This document shows, piece by piece, positions 25,433-37,811 of a stretch of 64,000 nt of DNA. A program made the position numbers and the translations under genes. Under the pieces are notes generated by a model. It had not been told where the DNA came from. It saw nothing but the letters and a program-made list of their open reading frames with translations, and did not search any database. How positions within the stretch are numbered: position 1 is the stretch's first letter; each line of letters starts with the position of its first letter. Source of the DNA: Callorhinchus milii (lineage: Eukaryota); contig NW_024704742.1 in assembly GCF_018977255.1 (NCBI RefSeq), positions 103,170,001-103,234,000 on the forward strand. Direction: 5' to 3'.

Positions 25433-25776
25433 GATCTGGTACTCATCAAGGCTGGAAGCGAACCATCCACAGTCAGGGAGTCACTACTTTCCCTTGCCCA
25501 AGTTGCAAACATGATGTTGATTTGGGCGAACGTGGTATTAGCGGCCTCTTCCGAAACTTCACGTTGGAAACGATTGTGGAACGATACAGACAAGCAGCCA
25601 GGGCAGCTGTGGCCATCATGTGCAATCTCTGCAAGCCCCCGCCCCAGGAAGCCACCAAGAGCTGCATGGACTGCAAGGCAAGCTATTGCAATGAGTGCTT
25701 CAAGCTCCATCATCCATGGGGAACTCCAAAGGCTCAGCACGAGTATGCGGGACCAACCAACAACTTCCGACCTAAG
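25433..25776 (+). CDS. TRIM36: TRIM36 exon 3, RING C-terminal CxxC and B-box 1
   Basis: Pyrimidine tract then ttag|GA; ...[52 protein letters not shown]...[18 protein letters not shown]...NFRPK; donor AAG|GTAC. A second in-frame acceptor at 25451 is possible. Confidence 0.95.
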
Positions 25777-27571
25777 GTACTGTGCTCCTGTTGCCACTGT
25801 TTTTAAAGCTTACTCCCAACACGGCTGTGCTTATTACACTGGAATTTCTAAAATGAATGCAACCATGCCTTCATGTATCAGAATTTGACAAGCTTTAAAA
25901 AAAACATTTTGACAAATTTCTTTTATAAGAAAATATAAATTTATAAACTTAGTGTGTCCTATTATTTTTCCTCTTCTTCCCCCCACTACCATATGTCTCT
26001 GTGCTCCTGGTCTGTTCCTCTCTTGCTAGGGTGCGGGTCTGCGTGTGTCAGACGCTCGAGTGACCAAACAAAAAAGATCAGCTTGCAATGTCATTATGAC
26101 GAAAATGACACATGCCATTTCTGTTCCTCCAGAGAGGAATAAAGATTTGCTAAGCACTGTTTCATGAAGACAGCACTTTAATAATTAATTTGATAAGAGC
26201 ATAGCTGCACCGTGAATCAGCCGGGCAAATGGAGAGCATTGCATTAGCAGGGAGTTGAGATACTTCAGTGACTCACAGCCTCTCCTATACAAGCTGTAGA
26301 GCTTTGAGTGAGAAATACCAATTCTACTGGTGTTTATTAACAGAGACACAGCATGTTAAGGATAACAGCAATAATAGCTTGCTTTTATATTGGGCCTTTC
26401 TTATAAAAGAAAGTCTCTAAGGAACTGTGGAGAAATTCAGAAGTGGGAATAATCTAAAGATCAAGGAAGATATGTTTGAAGTGACAATACATGTTTTAAA
26501 GGGCTTTAGTGTAGTTTCACCAGTGGGTGTAGCATAAACAGCATTTTCTCAAGTGAATCCATGTTATAGCATGCAGAATCTTCAGCTGCAATAAGAACTT
26601 AGATCCTGGCCAAGTTACTTAATTGCAATTGAGAACACAACACCCGAAATTCCACCTACTTTTAGTTTCTAAGCCCATTTTGTCTTAAAATGTAAGATTG
26701 CACCAAATTGTGGAAAATTCTTAAATTCAGTCTTAATTTATAAGTAGATTTTCCGGACTCTTAAAAGGAACCAGCTTCCAAATTACAACTAAATTTTGGA
26801 ATGTTCCACTTCTTTGTGCAATCTTAAATTTTATGATAAAATGGCACAGTGAGGTATGAGTGTGTAGGCTACACGGTTGAGTTGATTTACTTGCTTATTC
26901 AATCTGACCAAAATGTACAGATGAATGCTAAAACTAACATATCCCTTAGAACAGTCACATGAAACAGGAGTTAAAGCGTCCTGAACATTTCGAGGAGCGA
27001 TTGAGATTGATTTTAGTTTTTATCGCTGTCAGTTGGTCAGAGATTATTTCTCATGTGTTTTTCTGAAGAGAAACACAGAATTTTCACTCTGAAGAGTTTC
27101 ATTCACCATCTCTGAAGTTGCTAAATCCCTTCACAAACATTTGATTTGCTCATTCATGAAATAAGGATAAATAATTTACAGTGGCACAATGGTTTCTAGA
27201 TTCTTCTTTCTTTAAAAGAGAGAATGACCCTCTTTTAAGGAGGGTGTTTGGAATAACAGAGACAGAGCCCAAACCTTCAGTCCCAGTGAATCATGCGTAA
27301 ATTATGACACTTATCACAAGACTGACAGATAAATATGCGACAGATGTTGCACTCTATGAATGTGTGGCAGATGTTGCATTCAGATGCCCCACATGCAAGA
27401 GTAACAGCTGCATGTCATCCATTCAGCTTCACTCATCTTGTATTCTGAGCATTATCTTGGTGTTAGAGCCCATGTGTAAATTTGATGGGAGATAAATGAA
27501 AATGACACCAAGCTAAATTTTTCTTTCAATATTCTTCCCGTTTACCGATCTCTCCTGAAGGTAGCAACTGG

Positions 27572-27851
27572 TGCAGTGGTGGGTTCGATTCCTGGCAGGG
27601 CAAAATGTTGGACAAATTTCCTTATTCCCCATGCCTCTGTTTACCTAGCAGTAAGAAGGAACCCGGTTGTTAGGCGATTGGTCACTTCAATCCACAACTG
27701 TTTATGGGTCACTGCTGTGCGCAATTGGCTGCCGCGTTTTGCCCACATAATATACAGTCAATTCACTTTACAGTATATTATGTGAAGCATTTTGAGATGT
27801 CTAGAAGACGTGATAAAGCGCTATATCAAATACAAGGTTTATTATTATTAT
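27572..27851 (+). mobile_element. SINE family A, variant middle segment
   Basis: B box GGTTCGATTCC and the shared 3' half with (TTA)n tail; the central ~45 nt differ from other copies. Confidence 0.8.
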
Positions 27852-28960
27852 TGTGCAGAACTGTGGACATTTTTTTAATTCAGTCTTAATTTTGAAGCCA
27901 GTTTTCAGTTATTCTTAAAAATGTTGGATGAAAACTGAATTCAAAACATTTTTCATGTGTTTGGGGTCATACATGGAACCTTCAGTCTGGGTTAGATAAT
28001 CTTTAAGCGTGGTGATGGGTTTCCACATGGGTCTGACTTCCAGAACCCTGAGTATGTGTTGAGCTTCTACTGGAGTTTAATCAACTGTAATTGTGTGGCT
28101 TGCCAATGCTAACACCGTCTGGCAAGCTTCCCACTGCTTGTTCAGCTATGACAACCCTAACCGTTTGGGTTTTGGCTTGAAGCATTAACAGGAGCTGAGT
28201 GTAAAGATTCCCTGCCCCCTGCCAGCTGGGCAATCTTTGCGATAACTTAGCGACTGGCCAGATGGAGCACAATGTTCTTTCCCGATCCTGTAGATTCCCC
28301 ACGTAACTGCTTATCTTCTGTATATTGTTATTGATCAATGCAGCCATTCTAACTGGAGTATTACCCACACCCTATTTTACTCTTTTATTAAATGGATCTT
28401 TCTCAATAAACGTTCCCTCAATAACACTACAATAGTAACAGGTTGGGGACATTTTTTAATGGACACAAGGTGGGTCTTCATGCTAGCAATAATAAGTGTA
28501 CTCTGCCTCTGCAGGTTACTGATGCTGGCAGCAAATGAAAGATTTGAGTAATTTAGTTTCTTGCTGTTGATTTTCGGCCATTATAATTCCTGACTCCAGG
28601 AATAACACTGGTAGAAAAGAATGCTCTTTGGAAGATTGCCATTGTGATTTTTTTGCCGTCCCCCTCCCCGAGTTATGTGTTCTCCAGTTATTGTATAATA
28701 ATAATACAATAATCCTTGCATTTGATATAGCGCTTTTCATGTTTTCTAGATGTCTCAAAGCGCTTCACAGAATAGACTGTAAAGTGAATTGACTGTATTT
28801 TTTGTGGGCAAAAGGTATGAATATTAAAAATAAGTAAACAGTAACACAGTTGGATTTCTACGACTTGCATTGATGTTGCATGTACAGTTATTTCTATTTG
28901 TATTCACTTTGTATTTGTTTTCTTGTGTTCCTCTGCCCTTCCCCACTCAACCACCACCAG

Positions 28961-29107
28961 ATTTTGATGTGCCCTGAGCATGAAATGGAAAGGGTGAGCA
29001 TGTACTGTGAAGTGTGCAGACGGCCTGTGTGCCACCTGTGTAAGCTTGGAGGATCACACGCTAACCACAAAGTCACCTCCATGAGCAGTGCCTACAAAAT
29101 CCTCAAG
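28961..29107 (+). CDS. TRIM36: TRIM36 exon 4, B-box 2
   Basis: ccag|ATT; ILMCPEHEMERVSMYCEVCRRPVCHLCKLGGSHANHKVTSMSSAYKILK; donor AAG|GTAGG; 147 nt, phase 0/0. Confidence 0.97.
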
Positions 29108-29450
29108 GTAGGTTATGTTACCAGAACAGAAGGCAGCGACTGCTTTCATTTTCTACAAGAACTTATTATATTCTCAAATATCAACTCATTGAGATATTTT
29201 AATATCCCCCTAATTCTTGGTCTCTATTCAATCTTTAATATTTAATAATGTTACGTATCAGTTACTTTCCTTTTCCTTAGTCTCGGCTTTCATCTATTTC
29301 CTCCCTTTTCTTTAGTTTTGACTTCGATAGGGCTGATAATTGTTGTGTGTATTGTACAGAGGAAGACATTGTGGAAGTGTTGACAGCCGGTGTGACTGAA
29401 TGATGTTCTCTGGTTTCATTCCGCTCTGCATTTTGTTGTCATACCAACAG

Positions 29451-29546
29451 GACAAGCTGTCCAAGAGTATTAGTTACCTCATCAGTAAAGAGGACCAAGT
29501 GAAGACTCAGATATTCCAACTGGAACGCATGATTCAACATACAGAG
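29451..29546 (+). CDS. TRIM36: TRIM36 exon 5, coiled coil
   Basis: caacag|GAC; DKLSKSISYLISKEDQVKTQIFQLERMIQHTE; donor GAG|GTAGG; 96 nt, phase 0/0. Confidence 0.95.
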
Positions 29547-29769
29547 GTAGGAGTCACATGGAATGATGGGCAGGTCACCTCCTATAGCCACTCATTCTGT
29601 TCGTTTGTATCCTGAGTCAGTGTAGTTTCAGAATTTCTATGTTGCACAACCATATTCCACATGGCAGTTTAAACACTTCAAGACATTCTTTTTATGCTAA
29701 AAGTGCTATATAAATGCAATTTATTGTTGTATCATAAGAAGAAAATAATCTTTGCATTTCATATGGTGG

Positions 29770-30570
29770 TTGAGTCCTGGAGAGCTAACTTTCTTCAGTT
29801 GAATGTCAACAAGACTGAGGCTCTCCTGATTGGCTTCCGTCAACGCCTCCACACCTCAGGTGTTGACAGCATCACTACCCAAGGATGCACACTCCACCTT
29901 GCTAAGCCAGTCTGGACCCGTGTTGTCTTGTTTGACCCTCAACTGTCCTTTCTACCCCACATCCGTGCCATGACCTGCTCTGCCTTCCCCCACCTCTGCA
30001 ACATTGCCTGGCTCCGCCATTGTCTCACACCGCAGGCCACCGAAAAACCTCATACACGCATTCTTAATATCCATGCTTGACTAGCAAATTCCCTACCTAT
30101 GGGCCTCCCTAACTCCTCCCTCCATAGGCTGCAGATCATCCAGAACTCTGCAGCCGTGTCCTCTCCCGCACCAGGATCCGTGACCCTATCACCGCATCCT
30201 CACCCGACTCCACTGGCTTTCCATCACACAGAGGATACAGTTCAAGATCCTGGTCCTCACTTTCAAAGCCCGCCACGGCCTCGCTCCCTCCTACTTCTGC
30301 GACTCCCTAAACCCCTACCAACCTGCCCGCTCCTCCGCTCAGCAGGCTTCGGTCTGCTTCATGTCCACCGCCTCGCCCACCCCACCATTGGCAGGCGAGC
30401 CTTCTGCCACTCAGCCCCCACCCTCTGGAACTCCATCCAACAATCCCTCCGCCTTGCACCCTCCCTTGCCTCCTTCAAAACCCATTTCAAGACCCTCCTC
30501 TTTGACTGTGCCTTTGATCACCCTCCTTTCCCCCCCCCCACCCCCAAACACACCCTCCCCGATCATGAGT
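29770..30570 (+). mobile_element. L2 LINE ORF2 3' fragment, frameshifted
   Basis: [16 protein letters not shown]...LFDPQLSFLPHI...LQIIQNSAA...GRRAFCHSAPTLWNSI. Confidence 0.92.
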
Positions 30571-30604
30571 TCGGATCTTAACAAACTCCAACACACAATT
30601 GTTC

Positions 30605-30920
30605 TTAGTTTTCTGATGCATGGCATCTGACACATGCCACCATACATAAGAGTATCCAAATCAGACTGAGAGTTACACATTCACATGCCACCTATGTACG
30701 GAAATTTCCCTGTATCTCGAATGTAGACTCCCTGCTCCCAGACTCACTGTCCCTCCAAGTCCTGCCGATAAGCTAGGCTGCCTTGTCTGTCATCAACAGT
30801 ACTATGGACTCACCTAGCACAACAACCAGACACCCGAGACCGCCATGGAGGGTTAACTTGATTCTGCATTCCGTTGCCAAGCATGTCACATTGGGGTCAG
30901 CTCAGCTCTAAGGAGACTTT
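30605..30920 (-). mobile_element. Internally deleted copy of the poly(A)-tailed element
   Basis: taagagtatccaaatcagactgaga, then ccaagtcct...caaccagacacccgagaccgcca matching 54500-54670. Confidence 0.7.
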
Positions 30921-32044
30921 GCCTACCTCTCTTCTAAGGAGGGAAAATCCTATAGCCTACAACATTGTTCATATTCAGGCTTATCTTATTCTTTCTCAAT
31001 CTCTCAGGTTCTTCCCCACATTTCAAGACTGAGGATTGCCTCACTTCCCTCAGTCTTTCCTTCATCCCACAACCAATAAAGGCATTTAAAACTCAAACTT
31101 GGCATCACCTAAGTACCACTCCTTGACCAAATCAATCAATGAGAGATTGATTTATCTCTCATTTTTTCAACTTCACCTCACTTTAGTGATGATGTACTTA
31201 GCTCTTTACCTTGATTATACAATAAAAGAAAATGAACCGCCCTCATTTGGATGGTGTGCCCCCCGCCCCCCACACCCCTCCCCCGCCCCCCAACGCACAC
31301 ACAAAAATAAAAGATAGCAAGGAAATACATTGTGTACATTACCGCTGTCAGCAGCCAACGCAACCTGCAGTGAAGCATGTGACTGTTTCAGTCTGTATTG
31401 AATGCAATAATTGCACTGATGTTAAAAATTGGTAATTTGGTTGTCATTAATCACACAATTCTCGATGTTGCGCCTACCAGTGAAAGAGTGACTTTATTCA
31501 AACACTAACACTATTGTGACTTGTGCAAAGTTTAAATTGAATGAATAGTCTGAATTAAACCTTGAGCATTTTTGTAACTGTCTCTCTGACAGTGCTCAGA
31601 TTCTGTTCTTTGTTTGCTGTGGGCTATGAATGCTGGGTCTTGTGCACAAATGGTCCCTTGATCAGTGAGCTGCAGGATAATGTGTCATATTCTGATTTCA
31701 TATAAATCTATTCATTGACTTTGCAGAAGCTGCCAGTGACAATCTTAGGTTCTAAGGCACTCTGTACTGGTGGCTCTGGTTACACTACCTGACAATTAAA
31801 AAAACAAGGAAACAATGCTAACTGCCGACAGCAATGCTGTCAATACAAGGTCACTGTAACTGGATCACTGAGTATATGTGTTAACTCATCTTAGTATGTT
31901 TTGTTATTTTCCTCTATTGGGCCTGTTGTGTCCACTCTGTATCACTCTCTTTGCTACTTTGTGATTGGGGGTTCCTGTGGCTGTGCCTGTTTTACCTGGC
32001 CCTGAGGTGGATTGATCCAGTACCACAGAGTTGCCTATCCAGTG

Positions 32045-33045
32045 GCTTATATGACGTCATCCGCAGACATGGGGTAAATTTCCACATGTATGCGAATGAT
32101 ACCCAACTCTACCTCTCTGCCTCCACCCTGAACTCCAGGACTACTGACCGATTGCCTGTCCGACATCAAGTCCTGGACGTGGGCCAACTTTCTCCAATTC
32201 AACGTCAGCAAGACCGAGGCCCCCCTGATTGGCTCGTGCCAGCACCTCCGCACCTCAGGCACTGGCAGCATCAGCATCCGTGGCTGCACACTCAACCTCA
32301 CTAAGCCCATCAGGAACCTGGGTGTCTTGTTTGACCCGGAACTGTCCTTTCTCCCCCACATCTACGCCATGACCGGCACTGCCTACCACCACCTCCGCAA
32401 CATTGCCAGACTCCGCCACTGCCTCACCTCTCAGGCTGTCGAAACCCTCACCCACGCATTCGTCACCTCAAGGCTAGATTACAGGAACTCCCTCCTCGTC
32501 GGCCTTCCCAACTCTTCCCTTCACAAGCTGCAGATCATCCAAAACTCTGCAGCTCGTGTACTCTCACGCACCAGGTTCTGTGACCCCATCACTCCCACCC
32601 TCGCCCGACTCCACTGGCTCCCCATCCCCCAGAGGATCGAGTTCAAGATCCTCATTCTCGCCTTTAAGACCATCCATGGCCTTGCCCGATCCTACCTCTC
32701 TGACCTGCTGACTCCCTACCAACCTGACCGCTCCCTCCACTCATCAGGCTCCGGCCTGCTCCATGTCTCCCGCCCGATCGACCCTACCATCGGTGGCCGG
32801 GCTTTCAGCCTCTCTGCCTCCACACGGTCCCTTTGCTTCACTTCCTCCCTTGCATCCTTCAAGGCCAGTCTCAAGACCCTTGTCTTTGATCGTGCCTTTG
32901 GTCTCCCTCCCACCTCTCTGCCTTCTCTCACCCCTACACCACCCCTCTCCCATGCTCGGGCCCCGACATCTGACTGTTCAGTGCTTTGGGACGTCCTCCC
33001 GATGTGAAAGGCGCTCTATAAATGTAATTTTGTTGTTGTTGTATA
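32045..33045 (+). mobile_element. L2 LINE, 5'-truncated (end of RT to tail)
   Basis: FHMYANDTQLY; HAFVTSRLDY; LHWLPIPQRIEFKIL; tail ...ctctataaatgtaatt(ttg)n. Confidence 0.95.
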
Positions 33046-33149
33046 TAAAAACTTTATCGATTGAAGGACCTTGGATATGGTTGTTAGACAAGGCTCCATC
33101 TCCATCCCTGGTTCATTTCCTGCTACATTAATTGATGTAACTTGCAGTG

Positions 33150-33460
33150 CAGGAAGCACTGTCTTGTTGAATGTATATTCTTGGGGTGAGTACCGGCAGT
33201 CAGGTTGAATGTACAATGTCAGATTGAGTGTGCATTGTCATGTTGTGTGAGGGTGCATGTTTTGGCTGAGTGTGCACTCTGGCTGAATATACATTCCTTA
33301 ATTGAGTATGAACATTTGGTTTGAGTGTGTGTTTCCTGGTTGAATATGCATCCCTGGTTTAGTGTATTTTTTCTGAATGACTGTACACACCTTGGTTGAG
33401 TGTGCCCTCTGGTCTTGGGTGCTCTCTCTGGTTGAGTGTGCACTATTGGGTTGAGAATGC
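33150..33460. repeat. Degenerate ~20-bp tandem repeat (TGGTTGAGTGTGCAC-like)
   Basis: Recurrent (g/t)ggttga(g/a)t(g/a)t(g/a)ca motif at about 18-22 nt spacing. Confidence 0.6.
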
Positions 33461-34021
33461 CACATGTGCTACTGATTCCTTCTTTCTACCTATGCAAACA
33501 TTATAGACTTGGGGCGAGGGTTGCGTACCATGATCTTTGACCCATGCAGATTAAAACCATGTGGTGTATTGTGAATGTAAGATTAGCTTAACCTATTGTC
33601 CTCCAGAGATATGGAGTCAGTATAGATTTAATCTGGTTCTTATAGAAAGTCATATCAGTGTTCGTGTCACAGAGTAAGTACCCTGTGATGAAAGTTAGTT
33701 GTAAATAGGTTTAACATTGTGCTGAGTCAGCATTAAACAGTTGTTTCACTCACAGTGCCATACATTCTGCTGGTCAGTAAAGTTACCACTTTGGTAGTGC
33801 TCAGTTACAGAAGATTTCCTCATAAGTTGCACCAAATAATGGAATTTCATCCACTAGAGTATAATGTGTTGTAAGATTAATATTTTGTCACCATTCTTCT
33901 TTACACACTCCCGCATCTTTTCACAAGTGGACTCTGAAAAGCATTAGTTAGACCAATCTGTCCTCTCTGATACCTGAGATTCCATTGTCTTAGCTTTTAA
34001 GACCCATTTTTTTTCATGGTA

Positions 34022-34447
34022 TCAGTCTGGGACAGTTGGTAGCACTCTCGCCTCTAAATCAGAAGGTTGTGGGTTCAAGCCCCAGTTCCGGACTTGTAAC
34101 TTATAGTCCAGGCTGACACTCCAGTGCAGTGTTGGGGGTGGGCGGTATTGTTGAGGGTTCCGTCTTTTGGATGAGGTGTGAAACTGAGGTCCTGTCTGCC
34201 TCTTCAAATGCATGTTAATGATCCCATGGCACTATTTGAAAAGAGAAGGGAGTTTCTCCTGGTGTCCTGGCAACTATCCCCCAAATAAAATTGGTCATTC
34301 ACTTCATGGTTGTTTGTAGGATATTGCTGTATGTAAACAGACTGCTGCTTACACTTGAAATGCAGTCACTATGCTTCATACTATATTCTATGAAGTGCTT
34401 TGAAATGTCCTCCTGACATGAAAGGCATTATACCAAATGCAAGTATT
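34022..34447 (+). mobile_element. DeuSINE-like family B, near full length
   Basis: tRNA-like head (cagttggtagcactctcgcctctaaatcagaaggttgtgggttcaagccc), central gaggtcctgtctgcc...gatcccatggcactatttgaa segment resembling the Deu domain as I recall it, and an L2-type tail. Confidence 0.8.
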
Positions 34448-35227
34448 ATAATTTTTTGTTAATGTTTAAGATCGCACATTCTTGTGGAACATTCTTAAAT
34501 TCAATCTTAATTTGGAACCCAATCTTTTGCAGTTCATAAAAAGAACCAGCTTCCAAATTAAAATTTAGATTTGTGGAAAAATCTTATGAAATTTGACATT
34601 ATAGGACAAAGTGACTTTACATGCTAAGATTTTTCAGCTTCCACTATCCCAAAAGGACCACTGGATAGAGGGTTGGGAGCTTGATTCCAGGCTCAACTCT
34701 CTTGTGTGCTGAGATCAATTCTCGCTTCCCTGTTGTCACCCAGGCTCAGATCCATTAACCTAGCACAGACCACCGGTGGATCATGGGACCTTACTGGCCT
34801 CTATGGCTTAGTTTCAGTGCTTGCACTTAAGAATTTGTGTATTGATTTATGAGAGAGATGTGGTTTTGCATTGATAGAGTGATTCTTAAAGATGAGTCAG
34901 TTTCAACAAGGCATTAAATTCTGTGCTTAACTTGGCTCAGAAAGCATTATTCTCTTGATCAGTTCTCTTCATCATTTTCAAACTGTACGTTATCCACCAT
35001 TGCTTGATTTTCGTGAGAGTTGGAAATTTACTTAGTTCTGATGTCTCCTTAGCCCCTCTGTGGATCGACATGGTGTTAAAATTTAAGATCCCACAAAATT
35101 TTGGGAAACGTCTTAAATGTAATCTCAATTAGAAGCCAGTTTTCTGCATTTGTTTGAGTGCTGTGAAAAGCTGGCAACCAAATGAAGACTGAGTTCGAGC
35201 ATTTTCCAAAATTCTGTACAATCGTAA

Positions 35228-36210
35228 ACGTTCTGTACAAATAATCTAGATGAGGATATCGAAGTTAATATATCTAAATTCGTGGATGACACAAAACTAG
35301 GAGGAAGTGCCAACACAGAGGACGACATTAAAAAAATCCAGCGAGACATAGATAGGTTAGGTGATTGGGTAGGGAGGTGGCAGATGAAGTATAATGTAGC
35401 GAAGTGGGAAGTCATCCACCTAGGTAGCAAAAACAGTAGAGCGGGTTATTTTTTAGAAGGGGAGAGATTAGAATGTGTTAGCGTCCAGAGGGACTTGGGT
35501 GTCCTTGTACACCAATCACAGAAAGTTAGTCTGCAGGGGCAGCAGCAATTAGGAAGGCGAACGGTATGTTAGCATTCATTATGAAAGGATTAGAGTATAA
35601 GAGTAGGGAAGTCTTGCTGCAACTCTATAGGGCCCTGGTGAGACCACACCTGGAATACTGTGTCCAGTTTTGGTCTCCTCATTTAAGGAAGGATGTACTT
35701 GCCTTGGAAGGGGTGCAGCGTAGGTTTACTAGGTTAGTGCCAGGGATGAAGGGGTTGAGTTACGAGGATAGGCTGACCAATTTGGGCCTATATTCTCTAG
35801 AATATAGAAGAATTAGAGGTGATCTTATAGAAACCTATAAGATCATCAAAGGGCATGATAGAGTAGATAGTGGGAGATTGTTTCCCCTGGTTGGAGAAAC
35901 TAAAACCAGGGGTCACAACCTTAAAATCAGAGCCCAGCCCTTTCGCACTGAGTTGAGGAAGAACTTCTTCACTCAGAGGGTGGTGAATGTATGGAACTCG
36001 CTACCCCAAAGGGCTGTTGATGCTCAGTCCTTGAACATATTCAAGACTGAGATAGATAGATTTCTTATTGCAAAAGGGATTAAGGGATATGGGGATAAGG
36101 CAGGGTCAGGTTATTAGCTGGAGTTAGATTAGAAGATCAGCCATGATTGAATGGCGGGGCAGGCTCGAAGGGCCGAATGGCCGACTCCTGCTCCTACATG
36201 TTATGTTATG
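35228..36210 (+). mobile_element. CR1 LINE, 5'-truncated ORF2 and 3' UTR
   Basis: SKFVDDTKLGG, WQMKYNVAK, LYRALVRPHLEYCVQFWSP, RRIRGDLIETYKI, FFTQRVVNVWNSLP; 3' end gggccgaatggcc...(atgtt)n. Confidence 0.96.
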
Positions 36211-37811
36211 TAAAAAATACACATCAGTGTATTTAAGGCTAGGACCATGTGATGTTTCAGATCCTCTGTCTGACTCGCTTTCATTGGTAACTTCAATAAG
36301 CATTCTTACCCTGCTAGCTATTTTCTGGTACCTTTATCTTGCCCAGTTAACAATTCATTCATTAATGCAGAAAGTCAAATGAAAGGCCAGGTCAGCATCC
36401 CAACAGAATTTAAATTAACAGTGTGAGCTTTTCAATCTCAAGCAGGATCAGCTTTACTTGTTGGAGATTTCTTGTTAATTCTGATGGGATTTAACTAGTG
36501 ATCACTGAGATTAATTCACAATTCTTTTCATCTCTCTGGGCCTGCTCCCTGAGACTCGATTGCTTCTCTACAACCTTGTTCTTTGGTTTTACTGCAATAT
36601 CTTTCTTTACCTTACAATAACCAAGGATTCCTCATTAAGATGCCTTGTTCATGCCTACAGATAGTCACTGCATTTGAAATGGTTACTGTAAAGCACTTAG
36701 AAATGTTTTGATGTATAAAGTGCTATAGAAATCCCACTATTGGGTAAAAATTCTGTTCAGTATTACACGCATTGCCTATGGCGATGTCAGTCTTTCAGGG
36801 GATTTCCCATTATAGTCTTCTGTGTAAAGCTGAATGCAATTTTTATCCATATTTGCTTGGACACTATGTAAGAACTAAATCCATTAGCATGATGAAGGTG
36901 CGGTGAATATGTTTCTCTTTCCCTGGCACCTAATCAGGCAACTCACTAATCATATTTTGTAGCCTGAGTCATATGATTGTGATCAAGCTCATTCAGATTC
37001 ATTTATACTAATCCATAAAACTGGTAACCAACTGGGTACCTTGTTTAAAATCTAATATGTTTATATGGGATTGAATCTAAATCTGGAGTCAGACACCTTT
37101 TAATAGAGGTGGCTGTTATTCTGGCACGGGACTCCCGCCAGAATAAACAGTTCCCCTTAATTGAGACTGCTACTGCCCTGCTCGCCTTTAACAGAGAAGT
37201 CAGTAATGAAGGGTACTGGAAGTGGAAACTGGCTCCAGTTAATTTTCTGGGTTTGAAAGTGTACAAACAAACAGTAGAGCTTCATAACATCCTTTCAGAA
37301 ATGTGGAATGCTGGCCTACTCAATGTCGGAGGCTGACCGACTTAGTAACCTGCCAAGAAATATATAGCAAAAGGAATCACTAAATAAGGTAAAAATCACC
37401 TCTCAGAAAAAGATATTTGTACAGTCAAGCCACCAGCCACAATGTGCTTCTCAAACTATCAGGTTAACTAATTCACATCAGAGGAAGTGATATTCAATTC
37501 TTCACTAGCAAGAGAGTCTGAATATGTGAGTTACAATCAACTGGCCATGAAAAGCTACAGTGTAAGATCGTCCAAGGCAGGATATAGGCTGCAGGCGATT
37601 TAGGAAAACGAGGTATATGTGTTGCGACCTGAGATAACTTAATGTACAAAGTGTGTTTGTTCTAAATTTGGGTGTGGAAGTGTACAAAAGGGTAATTTTG
37701 AGCCTAGGAAATATATGCATTCCTAAATCTAAAACTGGATTCTCTTCCTCCATCTCACCATTAGTAACTGAGCCTTCAGCTATTATGTACCCATTCTCTG
37801 GAACTCTATTA

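Noticed and set aside
35282..36117. Host gene encoding 96-aa and 183-aa proteins
   Set aside because: Frameshifted CR1 ORF2 C-terminus; the same applies to the L2 ORFs at 32327-33007 and 59237-59938.
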